A stretch of DNA of 60,220 nt, filler included, from Sphacelaria rigidula (taxonomy: Eukaryota): NCBI GenBank assembly GCA_964200075.2. It is 10 parts of 10 records of this genome, joined end to end, with 100 filler letters (N's around TTAATTAATTAA, not from the genome) between each part and the next. Parts side by side here need not be neighbours in the genome. Positions count along the whole stretch, not along the records: positions 18,097 to 24,028 come from CAXNAA020023381.1; positions 24,129 to 30,060 come from CAXNAA020023382.1; positions 30,161 to 36,092 come from CAXNAA020023383.1; positions 36,193 to 42,124 come from CAXNAA020023384.1; 6 more parts are not named here. The stretch is one strand, 5' to 3'. Each line of letters opens with the position of its first letter. The stretch's first letter is position 1. A program made the translations under genes and the position numbers. Below the pieces are notes generated by a model, which was given only the letters and a program-made list of their open reading frames with translations, was not told the origin of the DNA and did no database searches. Of this stretch, positions 23,497-36,448 are shown piece after piece.

Positions 23497-24028
23497 GCGG
23501 CTGTGTCAACATACAGCTTCGCCCAAGATACAGGCAGCCATTACAGCGGCGGAGGCGGCCTTTCACTCCTGCGTTCGCCACCTGGGGCAAACGCACGCTG
23601 TAGCTGCAGCACCGACAGCTTTACAAAATGTGACGTCGCGATATAGCGCGTAGCGCGTAGCGCGTAGCGAGGGGTTATATCCTGCGTTCACGTTGGCCGC
23701 GATACAAGCTGCTGCTTTCTACAACGCGAAATCAATGCAGAACAGGGATAGGTTACGAATGCCACGTCCTGCGGTGTGCTTTGTCAACCTGCACGCTGCC
23801 GCTGTGCAGTGAGCAGATAGTACCACCGAGAACGTCACGCTACGGTTGGTACGCAGTGTTGGCTCCACATTCATAGGGTAACCTCTGCATTGAGTTAAAT
23901 AAAACGCACTGGATTAAATTAAACGCGCGGATCGAGTGATTTTCGAGCAGCACGCGCGCTAGCGCGTGTGTCGTGGTCTGATCACGAGCTTACACTGGCT
24001 TCACTCTCGAAGGACATGCTAGGCCAGG

Positions 24029-24128
24029 NNNNNNNNNNNNNNNNNNNNNNNNNNNNNNNNNNNNNNNNNNNNTTAATTAATTAANNNNNNNNNNNNNNNN
24101 NNNNNNNNNNNNNNNNNNNNNNNNNNNN
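24029..24128. other. Artificial linker 4
   Basis: Same 100-bp spacer. Confidence 0.99.
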
Positions 24129-24479
24129 GTTAATGTGGAGTGTTGGCGTCATCTAATTTCCGCTCATGATACGTACGGAAGACTCAGGGAGCCTCGTGAC
24201 GATTTCCCTTATATCTGTTATAGAGAAGCTCAGGTTATCCTCAAACTTGGCCGTTCCGTAGGTATACCTGGTATTGATGCTCCGAATGGAAACATTGTGT
24301 TATCGGCAAGATTTCAAAGGTTTTACGTTCTCTCCCGGCTTCCGGGGGGTCCCAGTACAAAAGACCCCCGGAAGGCGGTACAGAAAGCCTCAAAATAAAA
24401 AAGAATATGATGCGTCCTGGGATAGTCCAAGGAACACATGACAGAGTTTGGTGGAGAATCTCGAAGATCTCATAAAGTT

Positions 24480-25302
24480 GTTCTTGCCTTGACGTAAAAT
24501 TCACCCCAAAAAGACGTTTTCACACTAAAACCAAGTAGTTAGGAGTTTGCACGTTTCAAGCTCACGTCCTCGCACAGACGCGCAAACCTTCACGCAGGTA
24601 TTAGGAGTTAGACCCCGAAAAATTGCACAAATGCGCTATGAGTCATTACGCACGTTTCGAAAAACGAGATGTTGCTACTCCTTGAATTGTTTACCGTTTT
24701 TCGAGGGTCCGACGGGATCCAAGTCGTTTTTTCGAAGTAATCCATTCTGGGACCCCGGAAAAACGGCACTACGATTTTTTTTCATAGTTTTCGAAAATGC
24801 CCTGTCGCTGCAAAACTCAAGGAAGATACCCACAAAGGTTCGTGGCCAAAATCGATGAACTGGTGCTTGAATTTCCATGTTCACGCCAAAGAAGGTTAAA
24901 AAACGCTATTTTCACACCAAGATGTAGTAGTTAGCGGTTTTACCGTGGTCCGGGAAGGTTCATCGCACAAACGCGAAAAACTTCACGCCGTTTCAAGGAA
25001 CAAGACCATGAAATTTTGCACAGGTGTTCTACGGGTAATTACGCAACTTTGGATGAGCGAGTTTTTTCGATTTCTTCCGTTTTACCGTTCTACGGGGGTC
25101 CGACGTGATCAAAATTTCCCCGAAAAAGCCGGGACCCCCGAAAAATGGCGAAAAAGTCAGAAAGTAAAAGAAAACACTCGACCTCGGAAAGTTACGTAAT
25201 GACTTATAGAACACTTGTGCAAAATTTCAGGGTCTAACTCCTCAAAACGACGTGAAGTTTTGCCGATGAGTGTTTTTTGGGTGTTTTCCGTGAACCAGCC
25301 TG
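24480..25302. mobile_element. Right part of a modular non-autonomous DNA element ending ...GAACCAGCCTG|TA
   Basis: ~130-bp module direct at ~24517 and ~24909 and inverted at ~25195-25260; terminus CAGGCTGG + TA resembles the ends of the 48818-49503 element. Confidence 0.6.
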
Positions 25303-26149
25303 TATGACTCATTTCTCAACTACACAGCAGGTGATTGATTGTCTTCATGAAATCAATTCCGTGGTGAACGGGCATCAGCAAAAAGTACGAAAATTATCCA
25401 TCGGAGCGCGCAGCCGTGCATTACTGTATATCGGCATCGCCTTCTCACTTGAAAATGAGCAAATGGCTACCAGATATAACAATAGATGTGCATGGGCGGG
25501 CGCACAAAAGGCTGATCAAAATGAGTGTCTTTCCTCGCCGTTTGAATTGATCGTTTTGATGACCTATCGGTTCCATAGCTTTAGGAAACATCAATCGGCT
25601 CTCCCTCAGTTGAACCCAAAATTTCTGTCTAACGGCCGATTGATCGCCATCAACTAAAAACCCCTTGTCTCGCGTTATCGTAGATGTGTTCCTGTTCACC
25701 TATTTGTTATTTACTAACCCCTCTCGGCTCTCGTACCCTCATTGAGGGCAACAAAAAGTAGACTACAACACACCATAGCCCTTCCGGGCAACGCTCGGGA
25801 CCATTTTCGGCTTGACAAGTCACGGCGCCGAGAGTTGCTCTGTTTTTTGTTCCCTCTACCCTGTTTCTCATCAGTGCCATGCCTCCCTCGATATCAGTCA
25901 AGGCTACCACACGATAGGTAGGGGATCTAGTCCGGGGCATTTTCCGCTATTTCTGGAAATGTAACTGCTCCACGGAAAGAGTCGGTGACAGTGGGAGGCA
26001 GGGGAGGGCGCGAGGGGGGGTGGGGGGGAAGGGGGATCCTGCAAGGGATACTAATGCAAGATTCCTGACAACCACTCCGTTCAGCCGACAGTGTATTGAA
26101 AGTTTTGTGTGACTTCTCTGGGTCTATCTGCCTGGCTCGTATTCATTAA

Positions 26150-26620
26150 TGAAAAGCCTATGAAAAAAATGGCCCCGGCGCATCATAGCAACATCTTTCG
26201 CAAGGAGCACCTCCCTCCCTAGCGACAACGTCAATCGGCATGAAGACCGCAACGGCAGATGGGAAACTGAATTCGAATAAGAACTTGTCGACCCTTTGAC
26301 CGCGAGGCCTCATCTCGGAGCAGTGGTTTTCGTACAATCCCCTTCTGTTCCCGGCCGTAGTCACCTTCCACCGCGTTCGCAGTACGGTAAGGTAGGATTG
26401 TGTTCCGTTTACTGTCGTTGTGATCAACGCTTCATCTTCATCTTTGCGTGCCTTCCTTTATAAGGTTTCGAAGCGTGCTTCTTGTCTCCTCCGGCCTTCC
26501 AACTTTGCCGTCCAGCTTTTGGGGCATCCTTTGGCCTTGTGGCCTTTGTGTTCCGCTGGGGTTTTTGGCGTTGGACACTTGGCGAAATGGGAGCGGCAGT
26601 TTGTCGAAGGTGCTCCTACA
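26150..26620 (-). pseudogene. Possible degenerate DNA transposase fragment
   Basis: One frame with a single internal stop: RSHFAKCPT...RRQEARFETL*RKARKDEDEALITTTVNGTQSY...LYENHCSEM; family similarity is from recall only. Confidence 0.35.
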
Positions 26621-28328
26621 GCGGACGAGAGAGCAAGGGACAACGTAGCGGGGCAAGCTTTTCAATTCGACATTTTGACAACCGTGGTCTCTGAATGGAT
26701 GCAGCTTGTTGTGCCCATCTGTTGCTATAGGTTCACGTCAGCGACGTCCTCAGCCGAGGTCATGAGGTCGCACCCGGGCCGTCAACAGTGAAGGTTGTGG
26801 GCTGGGCCATCGCGACTGTAGCTTGTGGGCTGAGGCATCGGGTCCACTTACTGTAACCTGTAGAATTTACGCTCTTCCTTGACTGAAAAAAACAGCTTGT
26901 TATCTGCTTCGAACATTATGCAGTGAACGACAACCCAGGCATGGCGAAGGAATTCGACAGAGGGTTACGCACAGCTACCAACAAGAAGCTGCCGCAACTT
27001 AATTCAGTAATCAGCGGCACAGCTGGCGTACCAGTTGAAAGCGATGATTTGGGCAAATGGCAGCTCTTTGATCAACTGGCGCAACATCAGATCACGATGT
27101 GTGCGAGGGCGAACGACCTTCATGCTGGGGTAAGCCTACACAAGCACGCAGCCCACAATGTATCCACCTCACCTGGATCGCTGCGAACGGGTCCTGTTGA
27201 AATGAAGGGGCATCAAGAACGGTGCTCAGTTGTCCCATTTCGGCAGCCATCAAACTCTTCTTCCCCTTGTTGCTGACAACCCGCTGAAATGTGCCCTGCA
27301 TTCCACGAGCAACTGTGCTTGCTGCTACCGCTTCCACCTTCGCCGATTTTGGCAGCACGTTCGCTGACGTTTGTCCCTTTTCATCCTGACCATATGAGCA
27401 AGAGATGGCGTAGATTTACAATTATGTGTGGCGACGCGCCTAGACGCCGATCATACGCCTTCGACTATTTCTTGGGGCGGCCAGACAGACATACTCAAAT
27501 ATATAGGACCCGCAGTGACACGGTGGAATCGCTACAGTAACTACCTCCGAAATGTAAATGTGGCGAGAACAGAAAAACCAAGTCCAGTCATCAGTACTGC
27601 ATCAGTCATCAGTCATCGTCTCAAATTACAGCACTAGAGCTGTCAGGTGACCGACCCATCAGCGAGTGATGAAAAATCGCTGTCAATTGTGGAAATTTGA
27701 AATTTGAAATTTGAAGCCGCGAGAGTTATGTACAATCGTTAGTGTTCACACTTGAAACAACGCTACAGAAATATCGTGATGAAACTTGGATGAAATACCG
27801 ATCGTAGTTGCGAGTCCTGCCACATCATTATGCAGGCTGTTTTGCACCATATGCCACCATTATGTCCACAGCAAAATACACCAGTGAACAATGTATCTGC
27901 TGCACAAGTGGGCGGAGAAGGCACCGCTGAACCTAAAAGAGAGGCAAGCCGTACCCCCAATTACCACAAGAACCCTCCGTGCGACGTAAAAAACGCGTAC
28001 TGACTGTACAACGCCATTTCTCGACCTTTCGGACAGACCAGCTGATCGACACACAGCAAAAAGTAAACCTGAGTCAAGTCGGAGGCACACCAAGTCGAGT
28101 CGAAGGCACACTACTGAAAACACAGCAGCAAGTACTCGCAGCGAGCATTTCGCAACAAATACAGCGCAGTCCACCGGTGTCACTAGGTTTTGCGATGGCC
28201 CGCACTACAGCTTGTCCATAGCCTCCCATGTCACCAGCCTCAGTGCCCATCACGTCCAAGAAAACCGTCAGCCTCTGCATCATGAATAGCGCGACAAGAG
28301 CAGCCACGTGTGGCGGAAGTCCGGGCAA

Positions 28329-28727
28329 GATGGTCACGATCACTACAGTGCAGGGGCTGGCTTCCCTTCTCCCTGGTGTCGAGGACAGGCCGTTGTTTGC
28401 CGAACCGGCGATGGCGATACAAAGCAGCTTCGGTTCTGGTCCTTGTGTCTTCCCGTCTTGTACCTGGCTCCTGTAGTTGATATTCCTTGGCGCAGCGAGT
28501 CATCAGGATTGCAGACGGAGCTACGAGTACGCCATTCTAACCGTACGTACCCCTAACCTAATTGATGGTCACGATCACCATAGTGCAGGGGCTGGCTATT
28601 CTTCTCCCCGGTGTCACGGACAGGCCGTTATTTGCCGAACCGCCGATGGCGATGCAAACATCTTCGATTCTGGCCCATGTATTTTCCAGTCTTGTACCCG
28701 GCTCCTGCAGTTGTGATTCCTTCGCGC
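28329..28727. repeat. Direct duplication of ~165 bp (28329-28493 and 28564-28727)
   Basis: Both copies read GATGGTCACGATCAC..AGTGCAGGGGCTGGCT...GGACAGGCCGTT.TTTGCCGAACCG.CGATGGCGAT. Confidence 0.9.
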
Positions 28728-29419
28728 GGCGACAGAATGAGCTACGTCACCTCCAGGTTCAATCTGTAGGCATCACTGTGCTCGCCGCAGTCCCTCTTGA
28801 ACTCTCGCGGGATGTAAAGAATAAATACATCACGCGAATGCAATTTCCTGTGAAAATGTAGGGCAGTCAGACATTTGTAAAAAACGAGAACGATCGTGAA
28901 GCGCTGTCTTTTTTTTTGCCGGGCGTCAGGACCGCCGAGAATGACATTCCAGGCTCATGACGGTGCAGCACTGCGGCATGCCTCCGCACTGCCCAACCCA
29001 AAAAACATTACGAGAGTCCATTGCTATACCGACGGCGACATCTCACAACAGGAAACAGACATGAGTGGAGAAGATCTGGCCAAAGCGCTGCTCTGATCGC
29101 GGGGGGGGGTACACTTTGCCGCAGGGGGCTCGAAAGTATGATTATGACCGTTGTTGGCGGCCTTCACTTAGCACCCCTCTTCTCTCCTCGCCTCGCCTCG
29201 CCACTAGTTTGTACATTTAATATTGTGGACTCCTCAGCGAAGGGCATTGGCAGATATCGCACGAAAAGCAGACGTCCCTCACGTCAAGAAACAGAGTACA
29301 GACTGTACTCACTTGGTCCACTCGGCCTTGCAGTGAGCAGCAGTCTTCCAGAATATTGTCATCGCCACGCTCTGCCTTGCCTTTCTCGATATGCACCGCC
29401 AGATTGATTCCACAAGAGT

Positions 29420-29885
29420 GCATAAACATCAAAGTCCGCATACCGCCGCCTGGCGTCTCCGCCGAACGCCTTCACCCGTCATGACATTTCCCCACGCGGC
29501 GGCGCTGGTATCCGGAGCGACAAGAGCATCAACCAGGAGCGAAAGAGGCCATCGGGGGTTACGCGCGATCTATGCCATACATAGTAAGGACGAGGACGGG
29601 ACAACCAGTAGTATAAATCTGCGGGACAAAGGTCCAACTTGCTAGACATGGGAACGATACTTCTCCACCTTGCTGAATGCTATATGGGTAACTGTCGACC
29701 GAGCCATGATCGAGAACATCGCGGAATAATCGACAGCATTGTCACTTGGAGACCCGCCGAGCCCAAGTGAAACTCAGGAGGCCCTGAGAACGATAGCCAA
29801 CGGCAAAGTGACGGGCGGACGATCTACTTGCTGAACTCTACAAGCCTGTGTTGGCCGTGGAGCCTTCGTGGGTTCTACACCACTA
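29420..29885 (+). mobile_element. RTE-like LINE fragment (region preceding RT)
   Basis: WERYFSTLLNA...LGDPPSPSETQEALRTIANGKVTG.DLLAELYK is homologous to FHTLLNTK...AIRPMSNGKAVGPDELPADLLK at 3245-3435. Confidence 0.75.
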
Positions 29886-30060
29886 GCACAGCTGCTTCTC
29901 CCCGACCGCCACTCGTCTGGGGTTAGTTGTGTCGGGGTCGGCTAACCCCATCGACAACACAGCCAGTAAGTAAGGGAGGGTAAGTTGACCTACTGGCTTG
30001 TCTGTGTGTCGTGTCAGTGGTAATGCAATACACAGTCTAGGTAGTGGGTCATGTCGACGG

Positions 30061-30160
30061 NNNNNNNNNNNNNNNNNNNNNNNNNNNNNNNNNNNNNNNN
30101 NNNNTTAATTAATTAANNNNNNNNNNNNNNNNNNNNNNNNNNNNNNNNNNNNNNNNNNNN
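30061..30160. other. Artificial linker 5
   Basis: Same 100-bp spacer. Confidence 0.99.
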
Positions 30161-30568
30161 AGTGTGGGGAAAGCACTGTTCTAGGCTTGAACTTCATCTC
30201 GGAGTTAAACCTCAATTCGCACAATTTGTTGTTCAGTGCAGAATGTTTTGCACGCTCGAAATGTTATCACACGGGTGTGATATCTTACGCAACCTACGGT
30301 GTTCCACCCGCGATTGATGATGTCCACAGTGGGCGTGGAGTTCATAGTCATACACCTGCGAATAAGCAGCGCAGTGTCGAAGCAAGTCACGGTCGCGGGA
30401 TCGATCCCTCGTCTCCCGAAAAGTGATCCGGTACGAGTGCAGCCGTGGCTGCAAGAGAGGCGTTCGCGATATTGTACACTACACGTGAGGCCTCATCTTA
30501 CGACAAAAAGTAATGAAGACCTGGAAAACTGCGTTGTCGGATCTTTTGCGTGGGTTTTCGCCCTTGAT

Positions 30569-30900
30569 GAGAGATGGGCGAATCATGACACCTCGGAATA
30601 CCTTGCTATGCTCGTTGAGACGGTTCGAGGACACCTTTGCGTTGTCCACTGGCCGCATTTTTTTTCGTGGCCAGAGTTTCACTTTTGTAAGGGAAAGCTT
30701 TCATTTTTGTGAGTGAAGTCCAGAAAAACTCCGGAAATTGTTTCGGACTTCACCGGTCTCCGAGGAAAATGAGCGCTCTAGGTGAAAGATTCAAGCTTGA
30801 CCGAAAACCGGCTTGGCACTAAAAAACGCAAAGATGGTCTGGAACCGTCCCAACAAGTGAAACACGGCATTCAAAGGTGTCAGAATCCGCTCTGCCCTCT
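30569..30900. mobile_element. MITE, same family as 12957-13617
   Basis: GAGAGATGGGCGAATCATGACACCTCGGAA pairs with TTCAAAGGTGTCAGAATCCGCTCTGCCCTCT; shares internal GGTCTCCGAG.AAAATGAGCG. Confidence 0.7.
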
Positions 30901-31024
30901 TTTCAGGATGTAAAATGACGCAGAAGGTCCAACATGCAGTTTCCGGGGTTTTATTGGTATTCGCCATAAGAAGCGGCCTCAGCGGAAGCATTTTCTGCAG
31001 GACCTGGAAGGAATGGCGGCCAAT

Positions 31025-31785
31025 AGAGACCAAGGCATACGTATCTCAGCTGTGTACATCCCCAGACTCTTCAAACATGCTGGTGGGGGCCCCGGCATTA
31101 AAGATGACAATATAGATGGGCGTGCTCATTTGTGCGTATCCGGTACGGGATACGGTAGAATCAGTGGAGCAACAGCGACCGAAAAAATGCCGAAAACCGT
31201 GATGGCTGCTCACCTGCCGCGATGCCGCGGCACTCGCCAGATCTTATCTGCGCCGCAACCCTTCGAGGGACGAGCTCCAACCCCAGCGATGACTTGGGGA
31301 GGCTAAAGGCAAATATATAAACCAAACGGGGAGAACAAGAGATATGCCGAGACTCGGGGACGAAATCGTCCTCGGACATTGGCGTGCTCTGTGTGCGGGG
31401 GCACCCCCTTCGAACGCACGATGGCCGTCGGGACACGCTCATATCGTGGGCCACCCCACAAGGCTGTATTGCCATCACATGTCGCTAGCATGAATATGCA
31501 GGATTGATACAGGTTGGTTCGGGGTGGACGACCGAAATTTACTCTACAGCGATTTCTCACCCCTTTTTGTTTTAGCTTGACCATGAAAATTTGCCAATGG
31601 ATGCTCTGAAATATTTAGAAAGGCTCAATGAACGGATTGTTTCGTTTTTCTGTTTTGTCGCCAGATATTCGGGGATGTTTACGCTGGGACCCCCGGAAGC
31701 TGGTAAAGAGCGGATGAGCTTTGAAATATTCAACACGTGTTTCCCCATTTGTAGCACCCATGGCTACCAAAATCGCGTTTGAAAC
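31025..31785 (+). mobile_element. Degenerate REL-endonuclease (CRE-like) non-LTR retrotransposon C-terminus
   Basis: Ordered remnants SSNMLVGAP, KKCRK..WLLTC...LRRNPSRDEL (zinc knuckle + RHN-like), SSDIGV, MDALKYLERL, ERMSFEIF across frameshifts. Confidence 0.5.
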
Positions 31786-32475
31786 TATCGAGTTTGAGGA
31801 TGATGAAACTATTTTTACGAAAGTTACAAGGGAAAACGTCAAGAGGCTTCCGGGGTCTCCTATGCATACTGATAGATTGATTGATTGATCGGCGCAGTCC
31901 AACTGACCCCCCGTATCATCGGTGGAAACCCGACGACGTCAAAACCCCGCATCACCGAAATGCCACGGTTTGGGGTAGTACTTCAACCCAAGCACGGCGT
32001 TATCAAATACGTTTTTTGCGTTAGATTCCTTAGCCGATGTCAGTCTCTAAGGGCGTGTCTTCGCGCACTCTTTTTCGATCGAAAATGTGCAGTGATAAAA
32101 GGAAGACTGCGATCTGATGGGTGGTGACTGAACTATCGTAGTGTCTCCGAATATGGCTGAAATCACGACTTATCATAACGGAATTGTTGTTACACACCGC
32201 ACGTTTTCGATCGGAAAGTAAAGTGCTAAGGCTACCTCTTTTGTAGCACCAAACCTCCATGAGAAAAGGCGTTTTCTCATAAAGGACCAAAACCCCACTT
32301 CGAATAAAAAAAGCGTTTTTCGATGGAAAAGTTTCTGATAACATTTTCCGATAGCCCAAACTGTCACAAAATCAGGATTTTCTGATAGCTTTGGGCTATC
32401 GGGAAATGTGATCGAAAACGCGTTTGAAATCCCGCCGCACGTCAACACACCCTCCAGCCCACGACAGTAGCAATT

Positions 32476-33053
32476 ATGGCTTGGCTGCCATCATCACTGC
32501 TGTCGCTGGTGCTCGCGGGCGGTCAGCGTGTTTCTTCATTGTCCTTCGCTCGCCAGTATCGTGGTGGCCCTTTACCCCATGAAATAGCACAGGGCAGAGT
32601 CGATGACGAGTGCTGTACACACACGCTATACGTGGTTTCCTCAGTATTGTGGCCCAGTTCAGGTCTGTGCGTGCAGCGTGTTGCGAACAGCATTCGCGAT
32701 GCGGTACAGACTGCCCACGCGCCTAAGACTTGTAGAGACAGGATCGTACTGAATGTACACACAGACCACGGTGTAAGTAGTGCGGCTACGTAGTGTCTGC
32801 AGGGCTTGGGTGCGTGGGCAGTCTGTACAGTATTCGAGTGTTGTTCGCAACACGCTGCATGCACAGACCTGATTTGAGCTACAATACTGTGCGAACTACA
32901 TAGAGTGTCGGTACAGCATTCGTCATCGACACTGCTCTGTTCTGTTCTCATGGGGGTAACGCCATCACGCTACTGGCGATCGAAGGACAATGACGCAACA
33001 CGCTAATTGCCCGCGAGCACCAGCGACAGCAGTGGTGATGGCAGCCAAGCCAT
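32476..33053. mobile_element. Long foldback element, ~265-bp imperfect arms, ~50-nt spacer
   Basis: ATGGCTTGGCTGCCATCATCACTGCTGTCGCTGGTGCTCGCGGGC... pairs with ...GCCCGCGAGCACCAGCGACAGCAGTGGTGATGGCAGCCAAGCCAT and pairing continues inward to ~32740/32794. Confidence 0.92.
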
Positions 33054-36035
33054 CACTACAAGCAATGCATACAACACAGCACTGTTGTATGTACTGTTGT
33101 CCGTGCTGTCGTTTCAGTCAAGTACTCGTGCAGTGAAGAAGTACAAATGCCACTTCTACAGTCAGTTAGTACGGCAAGGCGGTGTTCTGATTGATCGTCT
33201 TGCGTCATGCAGCCTACAGTTGTGCACACAGACAGTACGGACCGTATACCACGACACGACAGCGGAGTGCTGCATCTTTCTCGCGCGCCCCAGAATTTGA
33301 AATCATGCCCACATCTCATTGAAAACGATAAACACTGCTTTTCCAATTTTGATAGTGCGTCGATCACGTAAGAAGGGCTACTTTGAAACATTCTGTGGAA
33401 AATCGTTTTGTTGAAAAACGGCTTCTCTGACGACTTTGAATAAAATGCAAAATAACTAGACTACGACACGGCCTGAGGTTTGATTCGTAACGAGATTAAG
33501 TATCGAGTCGGGAATCAGTGTTTTCAGTTCCAGAGCAATTTGAAGGCCGCTGACTGACCGGGGAACATCGTCACTACTAGCGCCACGGCAATAGGCTTTA
33601 CTTCCGTACGCGCGCATAAAGTTTAGCTTAATTTGGGGTTGAGCTTCAGGAAAGCTAATGGTATACTCGAAACGCGCATGAAGTTGTGATGTTTTTTTTT
33701 GCGCCTCCTGCAGCCACTCTGGCAGCTTCCCGCAAATGCTCCATGTGGCGTGACTCGTCACCAGACAAGCTGACAGGCTTCAGGCTTGCAATACTTCGAA
33801 CTCGGATGGTCGTGTTTCGTGTACCTATGTTGTTGCGGGTCTGACCAGGAAAATGTTCCACGGTATATTATATACGTGGTACTATGTTGTTTTCAACAAT
33901 GCATTTGGCATGTACACTTGTACAGCGTACAGCGCACAATATAGTACAGCAGCAGCAGCAGTGAAAAGTCATGGTAAGTTCGCCGGGCGAGAGACCAAAG
34001 GTTGCAATGCCCTGGGGAGTGGTTGTACGGCAGGGGTGGGAATTCTAGTTCTGAGGCTGTGCGCTGTCGGAGTATCTGGGTGACAAACATCTGGGCCTTA
34101 GTGTGGAGCCTCAGAACACTTTTGGACTAAAAGATGCACTCCTACGTTAGTATCCCTCTGCGTCCAGAGGCTGCAATGCCCTACTGCTACAAAGCAATTT
34201 GCAGCTGAAGTAGGAGATTGTTGTAATTATATCGTGGTCGACGATTTTCAACAGTTTTTCGCGTGCCACCGCTCATCCAAGTGAACGTTTGATCCCGACG
34301 TTTGGGGATCAGGAGATGCTAAGTACCTGCTCCTATTCCCGAAACAACAATCGTCTCTCTGCGCTCGTTATTGAACGACTTACGGGCTGAGTTGACAGGG
34401 GGTGTTATTGACCGCTTTTTATCCAAAACACATTTCTTTCCGGCTCTACTGGATTGCTATGAATACCCAAAACCAAAAAATAGGGGTTCGTAATATTACT
34501 CATGACAGCGATCGGGATTGGTGCTGTCCCGCGGCCCCCCCCCCCGCCCCGCCCCCANNNNNNNNNGGGGGTCGGCGTTTGCCCTTTCCCTTCCCCCACA
34601 CCACGGGGGGGGTTTGGGGCCCCCCCCCCCCCCCCCCTGTACTAGGCAAAGCTCTGTTGGGCAATTACCGTAGTTGGGTACCTTTCATATTTTTCCTCGT
34701 ATATTCTTCCTTAGCACTCGAACGCCCTGGTGTCGATAAATATTGGGAGAAGGAGAAGGTCGCGCTCAGGGCACAATCCTCAATTGGTGTTGTCAGGGAG
34801 ATGCGGAGTATGTACCTCGTTTATAAGGGCGGTGACCGTCACTGGGCCAAAAAACACAGTTTTCAGCTTTAGCGCCAAGAATAGCTGAACATTCGAAAAA
34901 GTCCTCTTTTTCATTTGTTCACGAGAATAAACGGGATTGTTCCAATCGAGAAAACTACTCAAGGGTCACGACCTGGGGCTGGGTGATCGCAAGACCCCCG
35001 AAAACTGGTCAGCCCGTAAGTCAATTTATATCGGGTGCAGATAGGGTGTTATTTCGGAATGTGAAGTAGATGCCTACTATCTCTTGAACCCCAAATTTTG
35101 GAATCAAGCGTTCACTGGGATGAGCGGTGGTATGCGAAAACACTACCGAAGATCGCCGACTACGAAAAAACTACAAGAATCCCCTATTTCAGCTGCAAAC
35201 TTTTGTATAATGCATCATGAGTATAGAGGCGTTTGTTGTTCCCGCAGGTGGGTTAGGGTGTGGGTGGGTTAGGGTGTAGGTGTGCAGGTTTTAACCTTCA
35301 AACTCAATGAAGAAATACTTCATTTTTTTAAACAAAACATAGACATCAACACTTTGAATGGTTTCATTTTTTGAAAACAACAAGCATCAAAATTGCAAAT
35401 GCCCGACCTTTCGTCTTTTCCTCATGCTAAAAGGTGCGTCTCGTGAGGGGATACTGCCACAACGCCACAAGAACATGGACAAGATACATGAAGCATGGAT
35501 ATATTGCGCTGAAAGAGCTTGAAGTGGGGCTTGAACAACAAACAATGACAAAAAGCTAAACCAAGAAAATGCGCGTATGGAACCAAAACCTATACCGCAA
35601 AGGACGCGAGAAAATCTGGCCATGTCCCACGGTTCGCTTGCTTGTGGGGATCACTGACACCAAATATGTTTATATCGGGTCAGTTTCTCCTTCTGTCTGG
35701 TAGGAATAAAGTTTGGGCGTTCACCCAGAACCACCCTGTACATGAGCTGCCTAAGCAATGCGTGAACAGGCGCAAGGGCAGTCCTGACTGCTGCCTCATC
35801 CGCTGCATGTGTGTTCGCACAAGGGAACGTCACAGAGAGCAGCAATCATGCTACACCCCTCCTGATTGTACAGGACAGGCGATGTTTTTTCGAAGAGGCA
35901 GAGCTGGGTACAATGCGTATTACAGCCCACGGGCATCGATGTTGACGTGCGTGATCAGGTTGTCTGTCGGTCAACGACCGTTTTATGAAAAATGGGAGAG
36001 TCGGTGCAGTGTACAGCGTTGCACTTAATATTATA

Positions 36036-36092
36036 CTTCCTCTGTCCCATAAGTCTGTATCGTTATGTTTGTACGAGCCCTTAACGATGTCC
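36036..36092 (+). mobile_element. Left end of Stowaway-like MITE (uninterrupted copy), truncated by segment end
   Basis: TA|CTTCCTCTGTCCCATAAGTCTGTATCGTTATGTTTGTACGAGCCCTTAACGATGTCC matches 48802-48817 joined to 49506-49546. Confidence 0.85.
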
Positions 36093-36192
36093 NNNNNNNN
36101 NNNNNNNNNNNNNNNNNNNNNNNNNNNNNNNNNNNNTTAATTAATTAANNNNNNNNNNNNNNNNNNNNNNNNNNNNNNNNNNNNNNNNNNNN
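36093..36192. other. Artificial linker 6
   Basis: Same 100-bp spacer. Confidence 0.99.
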
Positions 36193-36448
36193 AGAATATA
36201 CTCGTCTATTACGGTGAATTCTATTGCTACATCAATAGATGCCTTCTATTGTCCAGGGTGTGAGAAAATGACAGAATGTGCCAAAAGTTAGGCCTTTGCT
36301 TTTTGTGCTAAAACGGTTCTACAAAACAGCGACCCAACATTATTTTGAATATGAATGAAATTCTTCAAAAACCGTGCTAGCATAATAAGTAAAAGTCTAC
36401 CAAAAGTGCCATGATGCTAGACGGGAAAGTATCGAAATATTTTGATAT

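Noticed and set aside
28240..28730. Possible EsV-1-7-type Cys-rich repeats (phaeovirus-related)
   Set aside because: Cys spacing is not recovered in any frame of either copy; no viral hallmark genes seen in the window
35247..35281. TTAGGG-containing short repeats (also CCCTAACCCT at ~59818)
   Set aside because: Only two interrupted units; too short to call telomeric
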